Below, in pieces: positions 1-8,654 of a DNA stretch of 64,000 bases. The position numbers were made by a program, and so were the translations under genes. Source of the stretch: an uncultured Hyphomicrobiales bacterium (GTDB lineage: Bacteria > Bacteroidota > Ignavibacteria > Kapaibacteriales > UBA2268); NCBI GenBank assembly GCA_964637845.1, contig CAZWXI010000004.1:4303-68302 (forward strand). Direction: 5' to 3'. The notes beneath the pieces were generated by a model. The model saw only the letters and a program-made list of their open reading frames with translations, was not told the DNA's origin and did no database searches. The stretch's first letter is position 1; each line of letters opens with the position of its first letter.

Positions 1-137
1 TTGATGTCGAATTCCACATAGACATACTTTTCGGTAATGTCCTGCCCGTAAAGCACAGCATTAGCTATTTGAATATCGTTTGCGTAGGCATTGAGAACAC
101 CGATTAACGCAAACAAAATTATCAAAGACTTATTCAT
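1..137 (-). CDS. Partial CDS: N-terminus of a secreted protein that continues beyond the window start
   Basis: Reverse-complement ATG at 135-137 gives MNKSLIILFALIGVLNAYA.NDIQIANAVLYGQDITEKYVYVEFDI. This is a classic signal peptide (n-region K, hydrophobic core, AYA cleavage-like site). The reading frame is open to position 1. Confidence 0.5.
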   Translation of the reverse strand, partial: MNKSLIILFALIGVLNAYANDIQIANAVLYGQDITEKYVYVEFDI

Positions 138-349
138 TTCTTACCTCAAATTTTTGTTAAAAATTTAGTAAATCAATATAAAAAGCAATTACCTACCAAT
201 CAAAAGTAATCAATATATACTCCTAATGCAAATTAATTTTCTAAGAATGGATTAAGCAGGTTAATACTGAATCTGTACGGAGATGTGAAAGCTCAATCTT
301 ACGTTTTTTTTTGTCATAGAGCCGTATAATATCACGTATACTTTTGTTT

Positions 350-1456
350 TCATATTTGTAGGGGAATTTGAATTTGTTCTCTTTTATGTTGGATATCAAA
401 TTCTAAGTGACTTAACACGCGAGAACCAAGAGAAGTTAGCACAACTCTATCGTAAAAACCTTTGGTTTTAATTTTCTCTACTAATTCTAATTCAAGACAA
501 TGATTACATGTAAATTGTAACCAATCAGCTACAGTTCCTTCAGAATAATTCATTTTTAAAAAATTATTAATTAAATTTAATTTAGTTTTATTATCAAAAT
601 ATCTTCCTTTCGGTATACAATCGTCATATGTGAGTGCTATAAATTTCAAAAAATAATAAATATTAATTTTACTTTTCTTTTCATAAAAGTTTCCATTTAA
701 TAAAGATTGAATGAGTATGCGTTTTTGTTCGATGCTCAAATCAATTTTTTTTAAATTGTGAATGATCTGATGGGCATTAATATTGTCTCTAAAAATTATC
801 CCATAATCAGTTAAAATATAATTTTGTTCGTCTTTATATATTAAATCAAAATAATTTGCACCATAAAAAATTACATTGAATGTTGATCTAGATTTATTGG
901 TAGATAGTACATCAAAGAAATCCCTAAAGTCATTTATATTTAATTTATCAGACTTTTTCAAATAAAATGGTACAAAAAGCCTATTGAAACAGGATAAATG
1001 GGTTAAATTCATAGCTACAGGTTTTGATAAAGGTACACCAATATTAATAAGCGCTTTCTGGATTTCTTTTTCGTACAATTCTTTTACGATACCTAAGTCG
1101 TATAAAAAGTATCTAATGTTTAATTCATTGCATAATACAGTTATTTCTTCTTGGTATTGACGCTTGGTTTGGTTTGCATATAAAATACATGTCAAATGGG
1201 TGTCAGTTGAGTTAAACCTGATGTTCTGATATTGTTTTGTTTGTTCTATACAGTAAGATAGTTTTGCCCGACTATCTATTATGGTCTCTAACTCTGTAAT
1301 AAGGAATCCATCTCTTTTAATCTTATGGGCAAAATCGATTCTACCATAATCTGTTGTAAATTGTTGACAAATTTTTGACTCTAATGGTAAATCTATACAA
1401 GATTGTAAATAATTCTTTTCTCTTAATAAAGTCCATTCTACTAAATGTTCATTCAT
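350..1456 (-). CDS. Hypothetical 368-aa protein with no confidently recognisable family. It lies in an AT-rich island, carries a possible HEPN-like R-x5-H motif (FRDNINAHQ) and an N-terminal D...ELE segment.
   Basis: Long ORF whose start overlaps the stop of the upstream small ORF by 4 nt. GC content is visibly far below the flanking genes. No signal peptide or TM segment. I could not match it to a known family from sequence alone. Confidence 0.55.
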   Translation of the reverse strand: MNEHLVEWTLLREKNYLQSCIDLPLESKICQQFTTDYGRIDFAHKIKRDGFLITELETIIDSRAKLSYCIEQTKQYQNIRFNSTDTHLTCILYANQTKRQYQEEITVLCNELNIRYFLYDLGIVKELYEKEIQKALINIGVPLSKPVAMNLTHLSCFNRLFVPFYLKKSDKLNINDFRDFFDVLSTNKSRSTFNVIFYGANYFDLIYKDEQNYILTDYGIIFRDNINAHQIIHNLKKIDLSIEQKRILIQSLLNGNFYEKKSKINIYYFLKFIALTYDDCIPKGRYFDNKTKLNLINNFLKMNYSEGTVADWLQFTCNHCLELELVEKIKTKGFYDRVVLTSLGSRVLSHLEFDIQHKREQIQIPLQI

Positions 1457-1656
1457 AATTTATAAACATTTTGTTGATACATATTTTCCATCAAATGATA
1501 TTGATATCGATAAAACTGAATGCATCTTTGAACCAACTCTTCAGGCAATTTCTTCATTATATCGATACAATCACCGCAGAAAAGTTGGTTTATAAAAGCA
1601 TCATGGTTTAACATATTTATCGGAGTATCAAGTATGCTGTTAGTTGTATCGCTCAT
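1453..1656 (-). CDS. Hypothetical 67-aa protein, translationally coupled to the 368-aa ORF downstream
   Basis: ORF lies in the same AT-rich island, with a 4-nt overlap onto the next gene. Contains a C-x2-C...C motif (FCGDCIDIM...RCIQ). No homology recognised. Confidence 0.4.
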   Translation of the reverse strand: MSDTTNSILDTPINMLNHDAFINQLFCGDCIDIMKKLPEELVQRCIQFYRYQYHLMENMYQQNVYKL

Positions 1657-1794
1657 TATATTAACAATTTGCGTTTTAGTAAAATTTAAACGTTATGTAT
1701 AGAAAGAAACCATAGAAAGTCAATTCCATCACGCATTACTTTTCCTCATCTCTTCCACTTTTCTTTTTACAAACTTATTGCTTTTCAACCAAAA

Positions 1795-1852
1795 TTCAAA
1801 GGAAAAAGTATAAAAAGTAAGCCATTCCTTGCAGGGGCGCAAGAAATGGCTT
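1795..1852 (-). terminator. Intrinsic terminator downstream of the POT transporter gene (minus strand)
   Basis: Imperfect hairpin AAGCCATT-CCTTGCAGGGGCGCAAGAA-ATGGCTT at 1819-1852. On the transcribed minus strand it is followed by a T-rich run (reverse complement of 1795-1818 reads TTACTTTTTATACTTTTTCC). It sits 22 nt after the stop at 1875. Confidence 0.5.
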
Positions 1853-1874
1853 GAGTGTGTTATATTGTTATATT

Positions 1875-3515
1875 TTAGCCGGTGGCTTTTTCTAATTTTT
1901 TCATAATCGAGAATATGAAAAGTGCTGAGATGAGACAACACACTACGAATACGCCCCATACCTGCCAGACTTCGATTCTTATCCATAAGAATGAACCGAC
2001 AAAAAGTAATTGATTGCCTAATGCCGTGGCTCCAAGCCAGCCGCCTTGCATTAACCCTTGGAACCGCGGCGGCGCTACTTTTGATACGAATGATATACCC
2101 ATCGGGCTCAAGAATAGTTCGGCTATTGTTAATATCAAGTATGTATTGATAAGCAAATATGCCGAGACGCGTTCGGGTGTTGCTTGACCTGCCAAATCCG
2201 AAGGCGATGCAAGTCCCAAGGAGCCGACGAGTAAAAGCATGAATGCAAATGCTGCTAATATCATACCGAAACCGATTTTACGCGGTGTAGAAGGCTCGGC
2301 ATTGCGTTTTTTGAGCCATCCGAAAAGCCATACAACAACAGGTGTCAAAAATACGATGAATATCGGATTGAACTGTTGAAATAGTTCAGGTTCAACTACA
2401 TTTGCTTCACCATATGTACCGTACATATAATATGCAATTGCAATACCTGCAACCGTGAGTATGCCCCCGATAATTCTGTGCTTAGTTGCCGAGTTTTTCT
2501 TCACAAGAAACACAAACCCGAGTATTGCAGCAATTATTGGCAGAAATCCGCGTAAATCAAAGAATAGGTAACTAAATGCATCAACGGTCTTTTCGGTATA
2601 ATCACGAGCGAAGTACGTTAGCGTTAATCCATTTTGGTGGAATGACATCCAGAAGAATATTACCACGAGGAATACTAAACCCAGAGCGATAAGGCGTTGA
2701 CGTTCTTCTGCGGGCGCCATTTCGATTTTAGTTTCGCCTTTCGCAACTTGTTCTTTTCTGTCGGGCAATTTACTTTTAAAGAAAATATAAACTACAAGCG
2801 AGACAATCATTGCGGCGGCAGCTACGCCAAAAGCATAATTATAACCGACAGCGAAAACATCTATGTAGTTTTGGGCAAAGACAGCCAAATCGGTAATTTG
2901 ATGTGTTGTTGCGTTCGATGCCAATTCAGCGAATTGAACCATGTCAACTTGTTGACCGTTTATTACTTTGTGGCAAAGTGCAGGCAAATCGGCATCGTAG
3001 GAATAACCTTGAGCTGACAAGAACCAGTTCCGGATTCCATTAGCGGCACTCGGTGCGAAGAAAGCTCCAATGTTGATACCCATATAAAATATGCTGAATG
3101 CGGAGTCGCGAAGATGCGAATATTGCGGAGCGTCGTACATCTGACCGACAAGAGCTTGGAGATTGCCTTTAAATAAGCCATTACCTAAAGAAATGGTAAA
3201 CAAACCGACTAAAGTCAGAGTTAGTCCCATTCCGGGAGTTGCCATCAAGGCATAGCCAACGAACATAATTACAATACCGATTAATATTATTCCCTTGTAG
3301 TTTTGCGTGCGGTCTGCCAAGAAACCGCCAACTAATGCCAAGGCATATATTAATGTGTAGAACACACTGTAAATTATGCCTGCATCATCTGCGGCTAAAC
3401 CAAATTTTGCTTGGAGGAATAATACAAGAATTGCCATCATTGTGTAGAAACCAAACCGTTCGCCCATGTTGGCAAAGAAGGCGACGATGAGACCTTTCGG
3501 ATGATTTTTGAACAT
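1875..3515 (-). CDS. Proton-dependent oligopeptide transporter (POT/PTR2 family, DtpT-like)
   Basis: N-terminal POT signature GERFGFYTMMAILVLFL. There are about 14 hydrophobic segments, and the 546-aa length is typical for the family. Confidence 0.85.
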   Translation of the reverse strand: MFKNHPKGLIVAFFANMGERFGFYTMMAILVLFLQAKFGLAADDAGIIYSVFYTLIYALALVGGFLADRTQNYKGIILIGIVIMFVGYALMATPGMGLTLTLVGLFTISLGNGLFKGNLQALVGQMYDAPQYSHLRDSAFSIFYMGINIGAFFAPSAANGIRNWFLSAQGYSYDADLPALCHKVINGQQVDMVQFAELASNATTHQITDLAVFAQNYIDVFAVGYNYAFGVAAAAMIVSLVVYIFFKSKLPDRKEQVAKGETKIEMAPAEERQRLIALGLVFLVVIFFWMSFHQNGLTLTYFARDYTEKTVDAFSYLFFDLRGFLPIIAAILGFVFLVKKNSATKHRIIGGILTVAGIAIAYYMYGTYGEANVVEPELFQQFNPIFIVFLTPVVVWLFGWLKKRNAEPSTPRKIGFGMILAAFAFMLLLVGSLGLASPSDLAGQATPERVSAYLLINTYLILTIAELFLSPMGISFVSKVAPPRFQGLMQGGWLGATALGNQLLFVGSFLWIRIEVWQVWGVFVVCCLISALFIFSIMKKLEKATG

Positions 3516-3653
3516 ATAACCTCACATTTTTATTACGAAATTTTACGATTGTCAAATACCAAAAACATAAAATTAAGAAAAATTAGCCACATGTCGCTAA
3601 CATTTCTTTATTTTTCATTAATATTGTAAAAGTAAATGAGGGGTGCGAAGGTA

Positions 3654-4271
3654 TTATGTCCCGTTGAGCCTGTCTCCGGCATCACCCAAACCGGGGACGA
3701 TATATTTTTGGTCGTTTAGACCACGGTCAATAGCTGTGGTATAAATAGGTATTTCGGGGTATTCGGACATTATTTTCTCAATACCTTCAGGAGCCGAAAT
3801 AACTGATACAATATTAATATTGTTTGCGCCCTCGAGTTTGAGTCGTGAAATTGCCGATAAGAGTGAACCACCTGTTGCAAGCATGATTTCAAGCAAATAT
3901 ATTGAAGTATCAGGCGATATATCAGGTATGCTGAAATAATATTCTTCGCCCGTGAATGTAGTCTCGTTGCGCTTGATTCCGATATAACCAACTTCGGCTT
4001 GAGGATATAAGTTTAAAAAAGGATGAAGCAATCCAAGTCCTGCACGCAAAATTGGTATGAAGACTACTTTTGTTGATATTTCAACTCCGCTTGTAGTTTC
4101 AAGAGGTGTTTCAACTTCAATGTCTCGAGTCGGTAGTTTTTTCAGCACTTCGTATGCCATACAAGATGCAATACTTTCAACGGTTCTACGAAAAAGCTCG
4201 GAGCTTGTTCGTTTGTCTCTGAGTTTGGTCAACTCAGATTGAATAATTGGGTGTTGAAGTAATTGTATCAT
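3654..4271 (-). CDS. upp: Uracil phosphoribosyltransferase
   Basis: 205 aa. C-terminal motif YIVPGLGDAGDRLNGT matches the UPRTase PRPP/uracil-binding end. Overall length and organisation are those of Upp. Confidence 0.8.
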   Translation of the reverse strand: MIQLLQHPIIQSELTKLRDKRTSSELFRRTVESIASCMAYEVLKKLPTRDIEVETPLETTSGVEISTKVVFIPILRAGLGLLHPFLNLYPQAEVGYIGIKRNETTFTGEEYYFSIPDISPDTSIYLLEIMLATGGSLLSAISRLKLEGANNINIVSVISAPEGIEKIMSEYPEIPIYTTAIDRGLNDQKYIVPGLGDAGDRLNGT

Positions 4272-5731
4272 AAACTAAAAAACGGTGGATACCACATAAT
4301 ATTTAATCTCGGTATTGAGAAGAATGTTTTTGTTTCAGTATCCCTATCGAAATTTGGATGTCCCTGATTAAATCTCGGGTCAAAGTTTCTATCAGTTTTG
4401 CCAAGCATGAAATCAAGTTTCCATTCGGCTTGAATAGCAAATAAACCAGCACCTCCGACTGGTAAATTGATAAAAAATCCGAGACCTGCATTGATACCAA
4501 TTTTGTTTGAATTGTCAACTTCACCACCTGATAGACCATATTGATTAAGCAAAATTGATGGCCCTACCATTCCGTAAAAATTAATCTTATTCCGAGGATT
4601 AATTAAAAAATGTGCAGTAAATTCAATTTGTTGATGGATGTTCTCTTTTATATCGGGAAATTTCTCAACCAGTTTATCATTTTTGGCGTAAAGATATGTT
4701 GCTGATAACACTAAAAAATCGAACGGAGATGCTTGGATTGTACCACCTATAGCTATCAGACCTTCATATGATACGTCTTGCGGGTCGGGTTTGTAAGATT
4801 CAACAATTGTATTGGTGCCCAGGGTGAAACCGATGCCGAGAGTTTTCTTGAAATGATTGTAGGGTTTTTCTCGATAGGCATGACGTGGTGCGTCCTCGTC
4901 GTTTTCATCATGATCTAGGTTTTGAGCAAAACTTAGAGCCATGCTCGTAGAAATTAATATTATTACGATTAATGATAAATTGAAAAACTTCTTAGCATTC
5001 TTAGTTGTCATATCTATTACCTCATGTATAGTTAATGATTTTAGTTCAGCGACTTTCTCGGCTACGTACTTGACGAATTTGGGCTCATTTCGTTTTCCTC
5101 TATATGGAACGGGCGTCATATATGGTGAATCTGTCTCCAACATAAATCTGTCATTTGGCACGTTCAACAATGCTTCATGTGAATCAAACTTTTTAAATGT
5201 GACATTACCCGTAAACGATACATAAAGTCCCAAATTCAAAGCATGGGCTAAATACTCTTTATTGCCGTAAAAACAATGTAGGACACCACGCAATGTGCCG
5301 TCTTGCTCATCTTCGTATATCCGCAGTAAGTCATTTTCGGAGCTACGATTATGAATTATTACCGGTAGGTTCAACTCTTTGGCAATTTGGAGTTGGCGAC
5401 GAAACACTTTTGTTTGTGCATCAATCGGAGAGAAATCATAATAATAATCAAGCCCTATTTCGCCAATTGCGACGACTTTTTCCTTGTTTGAATACTCGTA
5501 AATTTTTTTGAAATCTTGTTCGGACACATTCGCAGAATTGTGCGGATGAATTCCGATTGCCGCATAAATATTATCATATATTCTTGTAGCTGACAAAGTC
5601 GAGTCAAATCGCCCGGGTTCAACAGCGGGAATTATCATAGCTTCTATGCCTTCATCGAAACTGCGATAAATGACTTCGGTTCTGTCTGCATCAAATTCTT
5701 CAGCGTCTATATGTGCGTGCGTATCAATCAT
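4268..5731 (-). CDS. tatD: TatD-family metal-dependent hydrolase (approx. 5011-5731) continuing in frame into a hydrophobic segment plus a ~230-aa OMP-like beta-barrel domain (4268-5008). Possible gene fusion or lost stop codon.
   Basis: MIDTHAHID... and the canonical TatD C-terminus ...VAELKSLTIHEVIDMTTKNAKKFF are present. There is no stop codon; the frame continues through NLSLIVIILISTSMALSFAQ (signal-peptide-like) into a Gly/aromatic-rich domain ending WYPPFFSL. The start is chosen at the internal Met (5731) because the upstream 33 codons would overlap bcp. Confidence 0.6.
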   Translation of the reverse strand: MIDTHAHIDAEEFDADRTEVIYRSFDEGIEAMIIPAVEPGRFDSTLSATRIYDNIYAAIGIHPHNSANVSEQDFKKIYEYSNKEKVVAIGEIGLDYYYDFSPIDAQTKVFRRQLQIAKELNLPVIIHNRSSENDLLRIYEDEQDGTLRGVLHCFYGNKEYLAHALNLGLYVSFTGNVTFKKFDSHEALLNVPNDRFMLETDSPYMTPVPYRGKRNEPKFVKYVAEKVAELKSLTIHEVIDMTTKNAKKFFNLSLIVIILISTSMALSFAQNLDHDENDEDAPRHAYREKPYNHFKKTLGIGFTLGTNTIVESYKPDPQDVSYEGLIAIGGTIQASPFDFLVLSATYLYAKNDKLVEKFPDIKENIHQQIEFTAHFLINPRNKINFYGMVGPSILLNQYGLSGGEVDNSNKIGINAGLGFFINLPVGGAGLFAIQAEWKLDFMLGKTDRNFDPRFNQGHPNFDRDTETKTFFSIPRLNIMWYPPFFSL

Positions 5732-5741
5732 GAGCCGTTTA

Positions 5742-6212
5742 TTATGCTTGAAGTTTTTGTAAATCAGCAATGATTCTGTCAACATGTCCTTGAACTTTGA
5801 CATTATCATATACTTTTGCAATTTTGCCATTTGGAGAAATTATATACGTGGTTCTGATTACTCCTACATATTTTTTCCCGCACATGGATTTTTCACCTAA
5901 AATATTGTAACGTTTGCATATTTCATTATCGGGGTCGGGTATGAGTAGAAAATTCAGATTATACTTTGATTTAAATCTGTCATGAGAATTAGTGCTGTCT
6001 GGGCTTACACCTACAACGACCGCTTCGAGTGAGGTCAACCTTTCCATATTATCTCTGAAGTCACAAGCCTCCATTGTACAACCCGGTGTATCATCTTTCG
6101 GATAGAAGTACAATATAACCCATTTCCCTATTTGTTCACTCAATTTGAATTCATTCCCATCGCCTAACTTCGATGTGAAATCGGGGGCTTCTGTGTCTAT
6201 TTTTAACGGCAT
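5742..6212 (-). CDS. bcp: Thioredoxin-dependent peroxiredoxin Bcp (PrxQ)
   Basis: 156 aa. AhpC/TSA motif YFYPKDDTPGCTMEACDFRD. Confidence 0.85.
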   Translation of the reverse strand: MPLKIDTEAPDFTSKLGDGNEFKLSEQIGKWVILYFYPKDDTPGCTMEACDFRDNMERLTSLEAVVVGVSPDSTNSHDRFKSKYNLNFLLIPDPDNEICKRYNILGEKSMCGKKYVGVIRTTYIISPNGKIAKVYDNVKVQGHVDRIIADLQKLQA

Positions 6213-6241
6213 AATTATTTCTTTATATTACCTTAAATAAA

Positions 6242-8053
6242 TTAATCATTTCTTGTTTCGACCGCACCAAACTCCACAATAAGCGAAAGTTCAATAGGGT
6301 CAAGCTCATCTGTATGAGCAGAATTATTAATAGACGAAACAAGTTCGATTGTGTTTTGTGTTTCTTGCTTGCTTTTCGGTTTATCTAAAGCAGTTTCGAT
6401 ACTAAAGTCTAAGTTATATTCCTTAAACAGATAACTTTCAATTGCTTTTGTCTGTGATGTAGTAAATTGATAATGAAAATCGTTATCAAAAGTCAAAATC
6501 AATTTTTTGTCGAAAATTTCAACTTTAGCATTTGAAAGTGCTTTGGAATATCCCTTCTCATTCATACCTTGAGAATTAATTATTTTTTCCCAATCTCGGC
6601 GTAATTCATATCTTGGTACAGCCACTACAGCAGGAACTTTCGCCATGCTCGGTGATTGAGGTAAGTTGTGTAGTTTTGCATATGTAATGGTATTTTCTTG
6701 TACTTGCGGAGTAATCGAAGCTTCCTTTGATTCAGAATTACTTATTTCGGCCACTCTATCTAATCCATCCAACTTTTTTATTTCTTCCAACAACTCCTCA
6801 ATCTCAGCAATGGTATCCATAGATGCTAATTTGCATAATGCCAATTCAAACTTTACGCGCGGTTGTTTTGCGAAGCGAATTTCATTCTCGGCATTAGCGA
6901 CTAAATTCATTATTCTTATCAAGTCATTTCGTCTGTATTTGGCAGCTTCTTCTTGATATAATTGTTTGATTTCGGAAGCTGATTCAACTAAGTCTTGAGA
7001 TTTTGTCACAACAATTGTCAGCAGATTTCTGTAATGCTCGAGCAAACCCGAAAGCGTTTCCTGTAAATCGAATCCTTTGTTGAGTATTTCGTTGGCAATG
7101 AAAAACATTTCGGCTGTGTTTTTATTCAATGCGGCACGAGATATACGAAAGTAAAACTCATCATCAATCAAACTCAATGAATCAACCGTAGCATGGAATT
7201 CAACATTTTTACCGCAAAATGCGATTACTTGATCGAAAATACTTTGCGAATCACGCATTGAGCCGTCTGCGCGTTTAGCTATTAACATCAATGATTTCTC
7301 ATCAATAACAACATTTTCACGTCCGGCAATATATTTTAGTCGTGATACAATTTCAGCAGTTTCCATTCTGCGAAAATCATATCGCTGGCAACGGCTCGCG
7401 ATTGTTGGTAATACTTTGTGTGATTCAGTTGTTGCAAAAACAAACATAAGATGAGGCGGCGGTTCTTCCAAGGTTTTAAGTAATGCGTTGAAAGCCGCGG
7501 AAGATAACATGTGAACTTCATCAATTACATACATTTTGTATTTCCCGTGCGATGGCGGATATTTTGCGTTTTCTCGTAGTTTGCGAACGTCATCAACGCT
7601 GTTGTTTGAAGCGCCGTCAATCTCGATAATGTCAACTGAGCGTCCTTCAAGTACTGCTTTACAATTTATGCACTTATTGCAGGGTTCGGTATCATTCGGT
7701 TCAAGACAATTCACTGCACGGGCGAGAATCCTTGCGGTTGTGGTCTTGCCCACACCTCGAGGACCGCAAAATAAATAAGCATGGTGTAGCCGTCCGGATT
7801 GTAGGGCATTTTTCAGCGTTTGCGTAATGTGATTTTGTCCTATGACATCACCAAACCTCAAAGGTCGCCATTTTCGAGCAGTTACAATATAGTTTTCATT
7901 ACCAATTACTGTTAAGTTATCTTCCACTTCACAATTAAAATATGTAGATAATAATTTCGCAAAATAAAAATATTGATTTATTTGAGCATAAAAAATTGTA
8001 AACTTTTTTTCCTCCAGTCGAATTTCATTGGCACGATAAATGATATGTCGCAT
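6242..8053 (-). CDS. dnaX: DNA polymerase III subunit gamma/tau
   Basis: Conserved N-terminus ARKWRP..FGDVIGQNHITQTL and Walker A LFCGPRGVGKTTTARILA, followed by Zn-module cysteines (CNKCINC). The true start is probably internal (a GTG at about 7900), because the first ~55 codons are not conserved. Confidence 0.85.
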   Translation of the reverse strand: MRHIIYRANEIRLEEKKFTIFYAQINQYFYFAKLLSTYFNCEVEDNLTVIGNENYIVTARKWRPLRFGDVIGQNHITQTLKNALQSGRLHHAYLFCGPRGVGKTTTARILARAVNCLEPNDTEPCNKCINCKAVLEGRSVDIIEIDGASNNSVDDVRKLRENAKYPPSHGKYKMYVIDEVHMLSSAAFNALLKTLEEPPPHLMFVFATTESHKVLPTIASRCQRYDFRRMETAEIVSRLKYIAGRENVVIDEKSLMLIAKRADGSMRDSQSIFDQVIAFCGKNVEFHATVDSLSLIDDEFYFRISRAALNKNTAEMFFIANEILNKGFDLQETLSGLLEHYRNLLTIVVTKSQDLVESASEIKQLYQEEAAKYRRNDLIRIMNLVANAENEIRFAKQPRVKFELALCKLASMDTIAEIEELLEEIKKLDGLDRVAEISNSESKEASITPQVQENTITYAKLHNLPQSPSMAKVPAVVAVPRYELRRDWEKIINSQGMNEKGYSKALSNAKVEIFDKKLILTFDNDFHYQFTTSQTKAIESYLFKEYNLDFSIETALDKPKSKQETQNTIELVSSINNSAHTDELDPIELSLIVEFGAVETRND

Positions 8054-8091
8054 ATGTAAAATTTATTATTGAAACAGAAAAACGTAAGATT

Positions 8092-8550
8092 ATGAACACG
8101 GTAACAAATTCAATTACGGAAGCAGACAGAAAAATAATCAGAAACTTAAAAGAGAAAAGCAAAATTGAATTTAACAGAGCATTATTCGATGAAGCAGTTG
8201 ATAAAAGAAGCCGGCACCTCGAATTAATCGAAGATGAAGTTGACCTCAACAAGATGCTCGTAAAAAAGCCTAACACAACATTTCTAATCAAAGTGAAAGG
8301 TGACTCAATGATAAATTGCGGCATCGAAAACGCAGATTTATTGCTTGTTGATGCCTCGCTCGAACCCAAACATGGTGATGTTGTCGTAGCATCAATTAAT
8401 GATAAAATTTTAGTTAAAAAATTGAACTACTCATACCACGAGACGATGCTGTTGTCAGAGAATGAAGATTATATGCCCATAAAAGTTTGCTCGGGCGATA
8501 AATTTGATATATGGGGTGTTGCAATTATGGTGATCAAGGATAAAGCCTAA
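8092..8550 (+). CDS. S24-family self-cleaving peptidase (UmuD/LexA-like)
   Basis: The C-terminal 100 aa align closely with the UmuD/LexA catalytic domain (VKGDSMINCGIENADLLLVD...HGDVVVASINDKILVKKL, Ser-Lys dyad context). The N-terminal 50 aa are not a canonical LexA winged helix. No umuC lies adjacent. Confidence 0.7.
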   Translation: MNTVTNSITEADRKIIRNLKEKSKIEFNRALFDEAVDKRSRHLELIEDEVDLNKMLVKKPNTTFLIKVKGDSMINCGIENADLLLVDASLEPKHGDVVVASINDKILVKKLNYSYHETMLLSENEDYMPIKVCSGDKFDIWGVAIMVIKDKA

Positions 8551-8580
8551 ATATATATTTGAGAGGAAACGCCCCTTAAG

Positions 8581-8611
8581 ACCCGTTCATCCCCCGGACG
8601 GGTTTTGTTTT
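8581..8611 (+). terminator. Intrinsic terminator after the S24 peptidase gene
   Basis: ACCCGT-(11-nt loop)-ACGGGT stem followed by TTTTGTTTT, 30 nt after the stop codon. Confidence 0.5.
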
Positions 8612-8654
8612 AATACATCGCATACAAATTCGTCTATATAAAAATAGGAAAAAT

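Noticed and set aside
1729-1986. 85-aa minus-strand ORF
   Set aside because: It overlaps the 3' end of the POT transporter and the terminator hairpin, with no conservation signal.
2697-3017. Other internal or antisense ORFs in the supplied track (for example 2697-3017 plus, 10904-11134 plus, 29585-29848 minus, 48908-49391 minus)
   Set aside because: All lie within or antisense to strongly supported genes, lack motifs, and have the atypical composition expected of chance ORFs.
5009-5011. Internal ATG plus MTTKNAKKFFNLSLIVIILISTSMALSFAQ as the start and signal peptide of an independent outer-membrane protein gene
   Set aside because: It lies in the same frame as tatD with no intervening stop, so as sequenced it cannot be a separate non-overlapping gene. 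It is reported instead as a fusion or possible lost stop.
5732-5830. Upstream 33-codon extension of the TatD ORF (MAKLQKYMIMSKFKD...)
   Set aside because: It would overlap bcp by 89 nt and is not conserved TatD sequence. The internal Met at MIDTHAHID is the likely start.
6480-6520. Possible programmed -1 frameshift site in dnaX (A AAA AAG-type)
   Set aside because: The only A-rich heptamer is GAC AAA AAA TTG near codon 510, which lacks the AAG slippery pair and a downstream stem. It is also far from where gamma/tau frameshifting normally occurs. No evidence.
8025-8369. 114-aa minus-strand ORF
   Set aside because: It lies antisense to, and fully overlaps, the well-supported S24 peptidase gene. 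The product is low-complexity and Ser-rich, so it is a spurious ORF.
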